Assembly (NCBI GenBank): GCA_964460615.1
Contig: CAYWPX010000011.1
Location: 1 to 56,215 of the forward strand
Direction of reading: 5' to 3'
Length of the DNA stretch: 56,215 nucleotides
Origin: an uncultured Planctomycetia bacterium
Lineage (GTDB): Bacteria > Omnitrophota > Gorgyraeia > CAYWPX01
Shown here in pieces: positions 29,194 to 38,268 of the stretch. Positions within the stretch are counted from its first letter, which is position 1. Every line of letters begins with the position of its first letter. The translations under genes were made by a program, and so were the position numbers. Below the pieces are notes generated by a model. It saw nothing but the letters and a program-made list of their open reading frames with translations, was not told the DNA's origin and did no database searches.

Positions 29194-29994
29194 CTATTTC
29201 CTGTTTATTGCTAGAAGGTCGAGAGAATTTTTATCAGATTTTTCAGCGACTTTATATATGGCAAACGGATCCAAATCCAGCCTGTAATCCGGATTGCAGT
29301 TTTTTTGTTTTCTTAATATCAAATGTATAAATTTAACGATTCTTGATGTAATCCAAGTCGGGATAATTCTTCTTAAGTTAAATAAATCGAGATTGGCAAT
29401 TTTTTGATTTTGGATAATGCGTTTTTTTTCTATAGAGAAGGTATTTTCATCGGATGAGATGCCGAATACTTCTGTTTTTTGGAATATCTTGCCTAAAAGT
29501 TCTTCCAGTTCTGAAAATGTGTATTCTCTTATATGGAAAATATTCCATGGTTTTTGATTTTCACCTAATCGTAAGGTTTTATTCGGGGTAGTGAGTATGA
29601 ATATGCCGTTATTTTTTAGGACTCGCTTTATCTCAGATAAGAAATTTAAATCATTTTTCACATGCTCAATTACGTGAAAAGAAGTAATAACATCAAAAGT
29701 GTTATCGCCGAAAGGGATTGTAATACCGTCGTACAGCCTGAATTCGCAATTTGATTTTTTGTATTTCAGGTCGCCGTTTGCTATTGCTTCGGAGGATATA
29801 TCAAGTCCGATGACTTTGTTTGCTTTTGTCGAAATAATACTTGTCCCGTATCCGGCTCCGCATCCAAGGTCAAGGCAGAAGCTTGAAGATGTTATTTTAT
29901 CCAGACACCATTTGTAGATAAAAATTTCTTTCAGATAAAGGTTATATTCTTCCTGTGATAGTACCTGCTCAGGAGTTATCCTGTCTCCGCCCAT
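29194..29994 (-). CDS. Class I SAM-dependent methyltransferase
   Basis: LDLGCGAGYGT motif I and DVITSFHVIEH. Confidence 0.75.
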   Translation of the reverse strand: MGGDRITPEQVLSQEEYNLYLKEIFIYKWCLDKITSSSFCLDLGCGAGYGTSIISTKANKVIGLDISSEAIANGDLKYKKSNCEFRLYDGITIPFGDNTFDVITSFHVIEHVKNDLNFLSEIKRVLKNNGIFILTTPNKTLRLGENQKPWNIFHIREYTFSELEELLGKIFQKTEVFGISSDENTFSIEKKRIIQNQKIANLDLFNLRRIIPTWITSRIVKFIHLILRKQKNCNPDYRLDLDPFAIYKVAEKSDKNSLDLLAINRK

Positions 29995-29996
29995 AA

Positions 29997-30863
29997 TTAT
30001 TCTCCTTCGCTTCTTTCCAATCTAAGCTGTGCTATCTGTTCAGCTATAAGTCCCATAAGGAATATCATAATACCGGTTGTTATAAATAAAATTGAAAACC
30101 CCGTGTATTTTTCATGCAGTATAAATATCTTTATGAAGGCATGCCCGAATCCTATTGTAAAGGATACGAGGCTTGCCGGGACAAATATTCTTAAGGGGTT
30201 GAATAGGGTAGCTATTTTCATTATGATGAGTAAGAACCGGCTGCCGTCAGCCACAAGGTTAATTTTGCTTTTTCCCGCTCTTTTGGTAACCTCGATAGGG
30301 ATGTAGCCAACGCTATATCCTGCCCTAAAAAGAGCCATGGTGATCGTAGAAGGGTATGAGAAGGTGTTGGGAAGCAGGTATACAAATTTTTTTGCAATAT
30401 CAGCTTTGATTGCGCGAAAACCTGAGGTAAGGTCTTGGATATTTTTCATTACCAAGTAAGAGGCAAATTTATTGTAAAATATGTTTGCCCAGCGTCTGTG
30501 CATGGGTGCGCCGTGTGATCTAATTCTGGCGCCCACTATCATATCATATTCACCTATTAGCTTTAGCATTTTTGGTATATCCGATGGATTGTGCTGGCCA
30601 TCAGCGTCCATGAGGACGATTATATCCCCTTTGGCGGCCCTTATGCCGCTTTTTATGGCGGCACCATTACCGATATTGTAGGGATGCCTTATTACTTTAG
30701 TTTTGGTTTTTCTAAGGATCTCGGAGCTGCCGTCAGTTGAACCATCATCCACGGCTATTATTTCATAGTCAAAGCCTGAAAGCGTTTTTTCTATACGCTC
30801 AAGAATAGATACAAGAGATTCAGCTTCGTTATATACAGGTAAAATTATACTTATCTTAGCCAT
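29997..30863 (-). CDS. Polyprenol-phosphate glycosyltransferase (GT2; GtrB/ArnC/DPM1-like) with two C-terminal TM helices
   Basis: ISIILPVYNEAESL, YEIIAVDDGSTDGS, LMDADGQHNP. C-terminal hydrophobic segments. Confidence 0.8.
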   Translation of the reverse strand: MAKISIILPVYNEAESLVSILERIEKTLSGFDYEIIAVDDGSTDGSSEILRKTKTKVIRHPYNIGNGAAIKSGIRAAKGDIIVLMDADGQHNPSDIPKMLKLIGEYDMIVGARIRSHGAPMHRRWANIFYNKFASYLVMKNIQDLTSGFRAIKADIAKKFVYLLPNTFSYPSTITMALFRAGYSVGYIPIEVTKRAGKSKINLVADGSRFLLIIMKIATLFNPLRIFVPASLVSFTIGFGHAFIKIFILHEKYTGFSILFITTGIMIFLMGLIAEQIAQLRLERSEGE

Positions 30864-30872
30864 AAACTCTCC

Positions 30873-32972
30873 TTATAGTATTTTAAATACAGTCCCGGCG
30901 TCTCCCGCTTCTTTTAGTATTTTAAAATATTTTGGCGATTTTTTCATCATCTCTTTCTTTATCATCAGAAGCCTGGCATTGAAGATAAACTTGCTCTGCT
31001 TCTTGTCTTCCGGAAGGGTGTTATTTACATCATTAAATTCTCTTAAGATGCTCGAGCCGTCTATGACCAGATATTCATAGCCTTTTCTCTTTAAAAAAGC
31101 GTAATTGTCTTCCATGGATTTTTCTATATCTTTTTTAGAGTAATCGCTAACCTCTTTATCCCAAGGAAAAGATACCATATCAAAAACTATGGGAACGCAT
31201 TGGTCTGTATAAAAAGCATATACTTTTGAATTTTTAGGAAGAAAATTTTTGACCCACGTATATAGGAACCTGCTTTCCGATATTTGTAAATATCCTTCGT
31301 TCCACTCATTTGTATTCAGTATGTATTTACTAAAATACCATGTAGGAAGGGTAGATACCATAAGAATAACCAATATCAATATCTGTATATGCCGTTTTAG
31401 CCAAGACCTGGATAGAATTTTTAATAGCGCAAATGTACCGAATATCGCAGTTGAGAATGCAAAAAAACTCCACATCCTGAACGGAACTATGTGAACCGAA
31501 AAACTTGCGCCCATAACACCCAAGAATGTGAATATTATCCAAACAAAACAGGTGCTAAAGTTTTTATTTTCATCGGTAAATAGTCTTTCCATATTTGCCA
31601 AAATATAGAATATTCCTATTAACGCAAGTATAATTGGAATTATCCCGATGCCATAGGGGTTTTGAATAAAATTTCCTATATTCTTAAGTATTATAAAATG
31701 ATGCAGCCCGTATTCCATAGAGGCTGAGCCGAAAAGAGGGATCAGTTTTTTGGGTATCATCAAAAAAGCAATCACAAGGATCATAAATATAAGAAATAAA
31801 GCAGGTTTAAATAAACTTTTTTTAAACAGCGATTTTAAGGTATTTTTTTTGATATCATAAATCAATAATAAAAGGAAAATGATAAATATTGCTATGCCGA
31901 TAGTTAACTTAAAATGCGGACTTTTTATTGCACCTTGAATTATATTAATAACTATGGAGATGCCTCCCGGCGCAGTGTTATCAATAAGAACGCTTTTTTT
32001 GAATCTGATGATGGACGGCAACCAGAAAACTAGTCCGCTAAGAAGCAACCCGAAGCCTCCTACTTTAAGAGATAATCTGTCGATTTTAGACTGAGAAAAT
32101 GACCTGGTAACAAAATAGATAAATAACATAATGGTTATGATAAAACTTGAGTAAAAATGGGTGATCCATATAGACGCAAAAATTATTATTGCAGGCATTT
32201 GCCATGACCGGTCGTTCTCAGCTTTTAATAAAGCGTAGAAAAAAAGCGGCAATAGCACCATCGCAAGATTTAACGAGAACATAAAATGCGTCAGCCACGC
32301 CGGCATAGAAAAAATAAGAGCTGTAGCCAGCAGGGCATACCATCTGTCTTTCAGGAGTTTATTGGCGAAATAAAAGAAGAAAGGTATGCTTAGGGAGATA
32401 AATAGGCTATTAAAAAATTTCATGCACCAGTTTATGCTGGGTGATATCTGGTTTATGAGCCCCATTATTATCTGATACGCCTGAGGATATGGCTGGGCTA
32501 CATCCGTAAACCTGAAATTGGTTGAGAAGGTTTTATTTACAGCGATGTATTTTGCTGCTGAGGCGAATATCCATGGGTCATTGTCTTCGAACCATGGGTA
32601 AGCAAAGCTTCCCTTTAGGTACATATATAAAGTGGCGAAGAATAAAAGGATCAATAAGAGGTTTGTCCAGGATATCGATTCTTTAGTGATTTTTGATATA
32701 TCTATCCTGATGGAGGATTTTTTGAAATAATGAGAACCCTCAATGAGTAAAATCGCCGCAAAAAATAAAAGAAAGTATTTGTAATCGATAGGTATATTCA
32801 ATAGGTTAAATACTGTTCCCAAAATAGGAATAAAGGCCAGTATTAGCCCCGTAGAGACGAAAAATCTTTCTAAGCAGTCTTCCTCAGGCTTAAATTTTAT
32901 TGAGAGGGTTAGTCGTGGTTTTCTAAAGGCAAACAAAAGCGTTAACGCGGAAAATATAAGGATTGGCAACAT
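30873..32972 (-). CDS. GT-C fold polytopic glycosyltransferase (PMT/ArnT/STT3-like superfamily)
   Basis: 699 aa with more than 12 TM segments. First-loop acidic motif YPWFEDNDPWIF. Soluble C-terminal domain. Directly upstream of a GtrB-like gene. Confidence 0.55.
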   Translation of the reverse strand: MLPILIFSALTLLFAFRKPRLTLSIKFKPEEDCLERFFVSTGLILAFIPILGTVFNLLNIPIDYKYFLLFFAAILLIEGSHYFKKSSIRIDISKITKESISWTNLLLILLFFATLYMYLKGSFAYPWFEDNDPWIFASAAKYIAVNKTFSTNFRFTDVAQPYPQAYQIIMGLINQISPSINWCMKFFNSLFISLSIPFFFYFANKLLKDRWYALLATALIFSMPAWLTHFMFSLNLAMVLLPLFFYALLKAENDRSWQMPAIIIFASIWITHFYSSFIITIMLFIYFVTRSFSQSKIDRLSLKVGGFGLLLSGLVFWLPSIIRFKKSVLIDNTAPGGISIVINIIQGAIKSPHFKLTIGIAIFIIFLLLLIYDIKKNTLKSLFKKSLFKPALFLIFMILVIAFLMIPKKLIPLFGSASMEYGLHHFIILKNIGNFIQNPYGIGIIPIILALIGIFYILANMERLFTDENKNFSTCFVWIIFTFLGVMGASFSVHIVPFRMWSFFAFSTAIFGTFALLKILSRSWLKRHIQILILVILMVSTLPTWYFSKYILNTNEWNEGYLQISESRFLYTWVKNFLPKNSKVYAFYTDQCVPIVFDMVSFPWDKEVSDYSKKDIEKSMEDNYAFLKRKGYEYLVIDGSSILREFNDVNNTLPEDKKQSKFIFNARLLMIKKEMMKKSPKYFKILKEAGDAGTVFKIL

Positions 32973-33027
32973 TTATAGTTCTTTTGTTGAAAAATGGTTA
33001 AAAAGCGTTATAATAATATAAAAGCAT

Positions 33028-33249
33028 ATGCAAACAAAACATAAACTTATAGTAGCCCGCGAATTAATAATATTTTTAATTACTATTGCCATAGGGCTTG
33101 TTTTCTTTGGTATAGGGGAGACCAGCTCAAGCGCTTTATCAAAAAAGATAGGCATTCTTATAATGAGTTTCGGATATCTTTTTTATGTTATGGTAATTTT
33201 AGCAATACAATGGTTTAAATACTGCAGCAAATATCCTATCCAAAAATAA
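33028..33249 (+). CDS. Possible small two-TM membrane protein
   Basis: 73-aa ORF with two hydrophobic stretches and a TATAAT a few nt upstream. No recognisable family. Confidence 0.25.
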   Translation: MQTKHKLIVARELIIFLITIAIGLVFFGIGETSSSALSKKIGILIMSFGYLFYVMVILAIQWFKYCSKYPIQK

Positions 33250-33254
33250 TCTTT

Positions 33255-33743
33255 TTAAACTATGTCAAGCGGTTTAAAGAATTGCATTCCTATCCTAAGG
33301 CCTTTTGGGGTTAAGATGGTGTACCTTATTTTTGCAGGTCTATAGGGAAAAGAAATCTTTTTATCATAGCACGATGTCTCTATATCTACGCCTTTTGGTA
33401 TATAATATGGCGATAAGACAGCCATTCCGTGCCTGGATAGATCCAATAATTCAGCTGCAAATATGACATTTTCACCCAATGCAGGTATGCCGGCCGTATC
33501 AAGGACAGGGGCTTTTATAGATACTAAAATATCTCTGTATTGCCTTCGTTTTTCTCTTCTGGACTCTGCTAGGCGGTTAATTGCTTTGAGATCATACCTT
33601 TCGTATTCCATTCTTTTACGAAGTTCTATTTGAACCGCTTTGGAATATGAGAAAAAACCTACTATTACCCCTACAGCAAATCCAATAGCCAGAGTAACCG
33701 GGATAAGGAAAAAAGGGTGAATATAGAAGTTAATTATTGGCAT
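33255..33743 (-). CDS. Membrane-anchored PilZ domain protein
   Basis: N-terminal TM. RREKR (RxxxR) and DLSRHG (DxSxxG) about 30 aa apart. Confidence 0.7.
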   Translation of the reverse strand: MPIINFYIHPFFLIPVTLAIGFAVGVIVGFFSYSKAVQIELRKRMEYERYDLKAINRLAESRREKRRQYRDILVSIKAPVLDTAGIPALGENVIFAAELLDLSRHGMAVLSPYYIPKGVDIETSCYDKKISFPYRPAKIRYTILTPKGLRIGMQFFKPLDIV

Positions 33744-33880
33744 ATGTCCTAATTATAGAGTATGTTAGAAAACTAGTCAATTTATTTTTCTTTATAAGCT
33801 TTTGGGATGAATTTTGTATAATAAGACATAATAAAAAGCAAAGAAAGACGTTCCTGTAAATTTAAATTCTTAGAATTTGG

Positions 33881-33961
33881 TTGACTATTAATAACGTGTG
33901 GAAGTATAATTTTAGATAAGATAATCACGCGTTATTAATAACGTGTGGAAGTATAATTTTA
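33881..33961 (+). promoter_or_regulatory. Duplicated promoter/operator: perfect 28-nt direct repeat (33887-33914 and 33934-33961), each with TATAAT. First copy is preceded by TTGACT; second is embedded in a 22-nt near-palindrome.
   Basis: ATTAATAACGTGTGGAAGTATAATTTTA occurs twice at an offset of 47 nt. TTGACT at 33881-33886 lies 18 nt before TATAAT at 33905-33910. CACGCGTTATTAATAACGTGTG (33927-33948) is palindromic except for one position per arm. Confidence 0.55.
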
Positions 33962-34011
33962 AGTAAGGCAGTTAATATCCTAATACAAATTAAGAGGGAT
34001 CCCTTAATAAT

Positions 34012-34455
34012 TTGGTGAAAACGCTATTACTGAAGGATATAATGACCAAAAACCCCGTATCCTTGAATGAGGATGACTCATTCAGCAGGGTTGAGGAATT
34101 AATAAGAGAGCGCCGGATAAGACACATCCCTATTGTAGACAAAAATAATATCTTAAAGGGTATTATAACCCAAAGAGACCTCTACCGAGTATGCCCTCCC
34201 CGCAAAACCATTGAGGGCGATTTTGTCTATGACCATGAAGAGCTGGGAAAATTCCTTCTTAAATATACTATGACGCCGGACCCTTTCAGTTTAGAGCCGG
34301 AAGATACGCTTGAATATTCCATAGAAATAATGGTTTCCAAAAAATATGGCTGCATACCAATAGCGGATAAAAATAAAAAGTTAATAGGTATTATTACGCA
34401 CATAGATATCTTAAAGGCAATATTAAAATCAGGGATACTTAAAGTAAATAAGTAG
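34012..34455 (+). CDS. CBS domain pair protein
   Basis: LLKDIMTKNPVSL.. and ..YTMTPDPFSLEPEDTL.., each followed by IPI(V/A)DKN..L.GIIT..D. TTG start (GTG at 34015 is also possible). Confidence 0.8.
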   Translation: MVKTLLLKDIMTKNPVSLNEDDSFSRVEELIRERRIRHIPIVDKNNILKGIITQRDLYRVCPPRKTIEGDFVYDHEELGKFLLKYTMTPDPFSLEPEDTLEYSIEIMVSKKYGCIPIADKNKKLIGIITHIDILKAILKSGILKVNK

Positions 34456-34517
34456 ATTTTCATGATTTTATCATGTCCCCAAAATGGGGACAATGTAATT
34501 TTTTAAGGAGGAAATTT

Positions 34518-34865
34518 ATGAAAAGGTTTTTTGCGGCGGCGAGTGTATTGATGGTATTATTTGTATTTATAGCCGGCGTCTCTTTCGCGGCAGCAGAAAA
34601 ATCTGCCAAACTTGACAAGGAGATGCTTGGCAAAGTTAAAGAGTTTTTGAATAAAAGAGGCCGGGAAGCTATCACAGTGTTAGACGGAGAGTCAACTAAG
34701 ATAGAGAACGGCTATTTTCTTAAGGTTAACGGGGTCGATAAATCAATCAACAAAAATTACTATATCGAAATATTTTGTAATGATGATTATTCGATATGGT
34801 CGCTTTTGGCTTGTATAGACAAGGCGGATAAGAAGCCTTTGCTTAAGTCCAAAAAAACTAAGTAG
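34518..34865 (+). CDS. Small secreted protein of unknown function
   Basis: AAGGAGG RBS 7 nt before the ATG at 34518. MKRFFAAASVLMVLFVFIAGVSFAAA signal peptide. The track start at 34473 is probably too early. Confidence 0.6.
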   Translation: MKRFFAAASVLMVLFVFIAGVSFAAAEKSAKLDKEMLGKVKEFLNKRGREAITVLDGESTKIENGYFLKVNGVDKSINKNYYIEIFCNDDYSIWSLLACIDKADKKPLLKSKKTK

Positions 34866-34972
34866 TTTTTGTCAGTAATCTCTTATTGTAATAGCTGTAT
34901 GCAATAAGTTTATATTTAAGGCCGGCTAATATTATGCATATTTAAAACCAACCTTGTATCAAGGAGAAAATT

Positions 34973-37456
34973 ATGCCAAATGCCAAAAAGGTTACCAAAT
35001 CCAAATGGAAGGTAATTCAAAAAGGCATGACACCTGATGCGATCGAGCTTTCTTTCCGGGTTAATCGAGAATACGCCCTGTCAAAAGATGAATATACCGT
35101 AACTCCTCACGATAATTTTCTTGCCCTTGCTATCGCGATCCGCGATAGAATTGTCGAGCGATGGATCAAGACCCAACAGGAATATCACAAAAAAAATAAA
35201 AAAAGAGTCTATTATTTCTCCTTAGAGTTCCTTATAGGGAGGCTACTTGGAAGCAACTCCTATAATCTCGGTATAGAAAAAGAGGTTGAAGAGGCCATGA
35301 AGGATCTGGGGCTTGATTTTGACGAAATACGCGAGCTCGAGGTAGATGCAGGGCTTGGGAATGGCGGCCTCGGGAGGCTTGCAGCATGTTTTCTGGATTC
35401 TATGGCCACACTTGGTATTCCCGCGCATGGTTACGGCATAAGATATGAATATGGTATTTTCAATCAAAAGATAAAAGATGGTTTTCAGGTGGAGATACCG
35501 GACCAGTGGCTAAAAGACGGCAGCCCCTGGGAATTTGCTCGTCCGGAGTATACCACGAGGGTCAGATATTATGGCAGGGTTGAGAATTATTCAGATGAAT
35601 CCGGGGCTCTTAGGTTCAAGTGGGTTGATACGTACGATGTTCTAGCAGTTCCTTTTGATACGCCGATAGTAGGCTATGAGAATGATACAATAAATACTCT
35701 GAGGCTTTGGTCGGCCAGGCCTACAGAGGAGTTTGACCTGGAGTATTTCAACAGCGGAGATTATGAAAAGGCGGTCCATGAAAAGGTCCTTTCAGAAAAT
35801 ATTACAAAGGTCCTTTATCCTGACGATGATAATAACCAGGGTAAGGAGCTCAGGCTTAAGCAGGAATATTTCTTTATAGCGTCTTCTATCTTTGACATTA
35901 TAAGGCGTTTTAAGTCAGAGAATGAAGACCTTAGAAAGCTCCCGGATAAAGTGGCGATCCAGCTTAATGATACTCATCCGTCTCTGGCCATACCGGAGCT
36001 TATGAGGATACTATTGGATGATTATAGGATGGATTGGGAAACCAGTTGGGATATAACCACAAAAGTATTTGCCTATACGAACCATACGGTAATGCCGGAG
36101 GCCTTAGAATTTTGGTCGGTGGAGCTTTTAACAAAACTGCTTCCAAGGCATATGCAGATTATTTATGAGATAAATGCGCGGTTTTTAGACGATGTTTCAG
36201 AAAAATACCCTGCCGATATGGATAAGCTTGGTCAAATGTCGCTTATTCAGGAGGGGCCAGTAAAATTGGTCAGGATGGCAAATCTTGCGATCGTCGGAAG
36301 CCACTCCGTTAACGGTGTCTCAAAACTTCATTCGAAATTGTTAAAAACCAAATTATTCAGCGACTTTAACGATTTTTCACCTCATAAATTTAATAATAAA
36401 ACAAACGGTATTACGCAAAGAAGATGGCTCTTGAAATCAAATACAGGGCTCTCGGTTCTTATAAGCGAGGCTATCGGAGATGTATGGGAAAGAGATTATG
36501 ATAAAATAGAAAAGTTATCGGCCTTTAAAAATAAAAATGCTTTTAGAAAGCGGTGGCAGGATATTAAAAGCGGCAATAAGAAGAATCTGGCCGGTTTCAT
36601 CAAGGATAGTAACGGTATAATCGTTGACCCTGATTCGATGTTCGATGTTCAGGTAAAAAGGATTCATGAGTATAAAAGGCAGCTTTTGTTCGCCTTTTAT
36701 ATTATTTCTCAATATCTGAGGATAAAAAATGAACCTGAAAAATTTATTCAACCCCGAACATTTATACTCGGCGGTAAGGCTGCCCCGGGCTATTATATGG
36801 CAAAGCTGATAATAAAATTCTTAAATAATGTCGCCCATGTCATTAACCATGATAAATCCCTGAAAGATAAGATCAAGATGGTATTTTTGGAAAATTACAG
36901 AGTTTCATTGGCGGAAAAGATCTTTCCGGCAAGCGAATTATCCGAGCAGATATCTACCGCCGGGATGGAAGCTTCGGGAACAGGAAATATGAAATTTATG
37001 GTTAATGGCGCGCTTACTATTGGGACTCTTGACGGTGCAAACGTAGAAATGTCCGAAAAATTGGGTGAAGATAATATTTTTATTTTTGGCCACAAAGCCC
37101 ATGAGGTAGATGAGCTGAAAAATCGCGGGTATTCACCAAAAGATTTCATTAGTAACTCACCGATATTAAAAGACATATTTCATCTGATGGAAACGAATTT
37201 TTTCTCATTTTATACTCCCGGAATATTCGACCCTATCATTAACTCTATAAGAAATTATGACACTTTTTTGATTTGCGCGGATTTTGAGTCATATTTAGCG
37301 AAGCAGGATGAAATATCGAGATTTTATCTGGATAAAGACGGTTGGACGGAAAAATCCATACTTAATGTGGCCAGATCGGGCTATTTCTCCAGTGACCGTA
37401 CCATAAAAGAATATGCAAAGGATATCTGGAAAGTAGATATTGTGGAAAACCGATAG
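34973..37456 (+). CDS. glgP: Glycogen/maltodextrin phosphorylase (GT35, long classical type)
   Basis: 827 aa. EASGTGNMKFMVNGALTIGTLDGANVE (PLP-Lys motif), GLGNGGLGRLAACFLDS, NDTHP. Confidence 0.95.
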   Translation: MPNAKKVTKSKWKVIQKGMTPDAIELSFRVNREYALSKDEYTVTPHDNFLALAIAIRDRIVERWIKTQQEYHKKNKKRVYYFSLEFLIGRLLGSNSYNLGIEKEVEEAMKDLGLDFDEIRELEVDAGLGNGGLGRLAACFLDSMATLGIPAHGYGIRYEYGIFNQKIKDGFQVEIPDQWLKDGSPWEFARPEYTTRVRYYGRVENYSDESGALRFKWVDTYDVLAVPFDTPIVGYENDTINTLRLWSARPTEEFDLEYFNSGDYEKAVHEKVLSENITKVLYPDDDNNQGKELRLKQEYFFIASSIFDIIRRFKSENEDLRKLPDKVAIQLNDTHPSLAIPELMRILLDDYRMDWETSWDITTKVFAYTNHTVMPEALEFWSVELLTKLLPRHMQIIYEINARFLDDVSEKYPADMDKLGQMSLIQEGPVKLVRMANLAIVGSHSVNGVSKLHSKLLKTKLFSDFNDFSPHKFNNKTNGITQRRWLLKSNTGLSVLISEAIGDVWERDYDKIEKLSAFKNKNAFRKRWQDIKSGNKKNLAGFIKDSNGIIVDPDSMFDVQVKRIHEYKRQLLFAFYIISQYLRIKNEPEKFIQPRTFILGGKAAPGYYMAKLIIKFLNNVAHVINHDKSLKDKIKMVFLENYRVSLAEKIFPASELSEQISTAGMEASGTGNMKFMVNGALTIGTLDGANVEMSEKLGEDNIFIFGHKAHEVDELKNRGYSPKDFISNSPILKDIFHLMETNFFSFYTPGIFDPIINSIRNYDTFLICADFESYLAKQDEISRFYLDKDGWTEKSILNVARSGYFSSDRTIKEYAKDIWKVDIVENR

Positions 37457-37462
37457 CCAGTG

Positions 37463-37471
37463 TGGTATAAT
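37463..37471 (+). promoter_or_regulatory. Candidate extended -10 (TGGTATAAT) upstream of the response regulator gene
   Basis: TGnTATAAT match in the 59-nt gap between glgP and 37516. Confidence 0.3.
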
Positions 37472-37515
37472 ACTTTGTTTTTATAGCAAGTGACAGGATC
37501 CTAAAAGGGGGAGAG

Positions 37516-38265
37516 ATGGCTAATAAAAAGATTTTAATTGTTGATGATGAACATGATGTTTCAAAGTTGCTTGAGACAAGGCTGAAGGCAAAAGGCTACG
37601 ATGTGGATCTGGCAATAAATGGCAAAGAAGGGTTAGATAAAGTAAAGACTTTTAACCCGGACTTGATCATTTTGGATATTCTTATGCCTGTTATGGACGG
37701 GTTCGAGTTTTTTAAGACTATTAAAAAAGATCAGATAAAATCTACTATTCCGATCATGGTAATAAGCGCCAGGACTGCCATGAAAGATACTTTTGAGGCA
37801 ATAGGGGCTGATGAGTTTCTGGAGAAGCCGTTTGATAACGAAGATTTTACAAAAAAAGTAGATAGTCTTTTGGCTAACAAGGCAATTTTGTGGACTCAGA
37901 ATCCCTATGTTTCGGGGAAAGTCGGTGATGCCATCAAATCTTTTGGTTATGAGATGATGAACGTCGAAGACGAAGCAAGTTTTTTCAGAGAGATCAATAG
38001 CAACCGGTATAAAGTGATCATTTCTCATTTGGCCCTTGTAACAAGTTTACCCAAGGAATTTGTTTTTAAGATACGTTCTTCAAAGAACAGAAATTCAAAA
38101 ATTATCATCTATTCTGACGCGCATGTAAAAGGCACCGAAAATAATAATACCGATGTAATTGACGGTATGAGGATAAAGTGGTCTGCTGCGAACATAAATC
38201 TGTTTTTTGACTCCAGGATCATAGGAACGGGATTTAAGGAACTGATAAAAGGTATCCTAGGATAA
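37516..38265 (+). CDS. Response regulator: CheY-like receiver plus a C-terminal ~120-aa domain resembling a degenerate receiver
   Basis: KILIVDDEHDV..PDLIILDILMPVMDGFEF..ISA..GADEFLEKPF. The C-terminal half has a receiver-like pattern, but VIISHL stands where the phospho-Asp strand would be. Confidence 0.8.
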   Translation: MANKKILIVDDEHDVSKLLETRLKAKGYDVDLAINGKEGLDKVKTFNPDLIILDILMPVMDGFEFFKTIKKDQIKSTIPIMVISARTAMKDTFEAIGADEFLEKPFDNEDFTKKVDSLLANKAILWTQNPYVSGKVGDAIKSFGYEMMNVEDEASFFREINSNRYKVIISHLALVTSLPKEFVFKIRSSKNRNSKIIIYSDAHVKGTENNNTDVIDGMRIKWSAANINLFFDSRIIGTGFKELIKGILG

Positions 38266-38268
38266 ATA

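Noticed and set aside
31249-31542. Small ORFs on both strands inside the GT-C gene
   Set aside because: They are embedded in a continuous 699-aa polytopic ORF with consistent TM periodicity.
32973-33155. 60-aa - strand ORF immediately upstream of the GT-C gene
   Set aside because: It overlaps the slightly better supported + strand 73-aa ORF and has no RBS or motif. Both are weak, and only the + one is listed, at low confidence.
33887-33961. Checked whether the 28-nt direct repeat could be a minimal CRISPR array
   Set aside because: There are only two copies with a 19-nt spacer, each containing a -10 box, and no cas genes. A promoter/operator duplication fits better.
37633-38028. 131-aa - strand ORF opposite the response regulator gene
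   Set aside because: The sense strand has an unambiguous receiver domain. The antisense product has no motifs.
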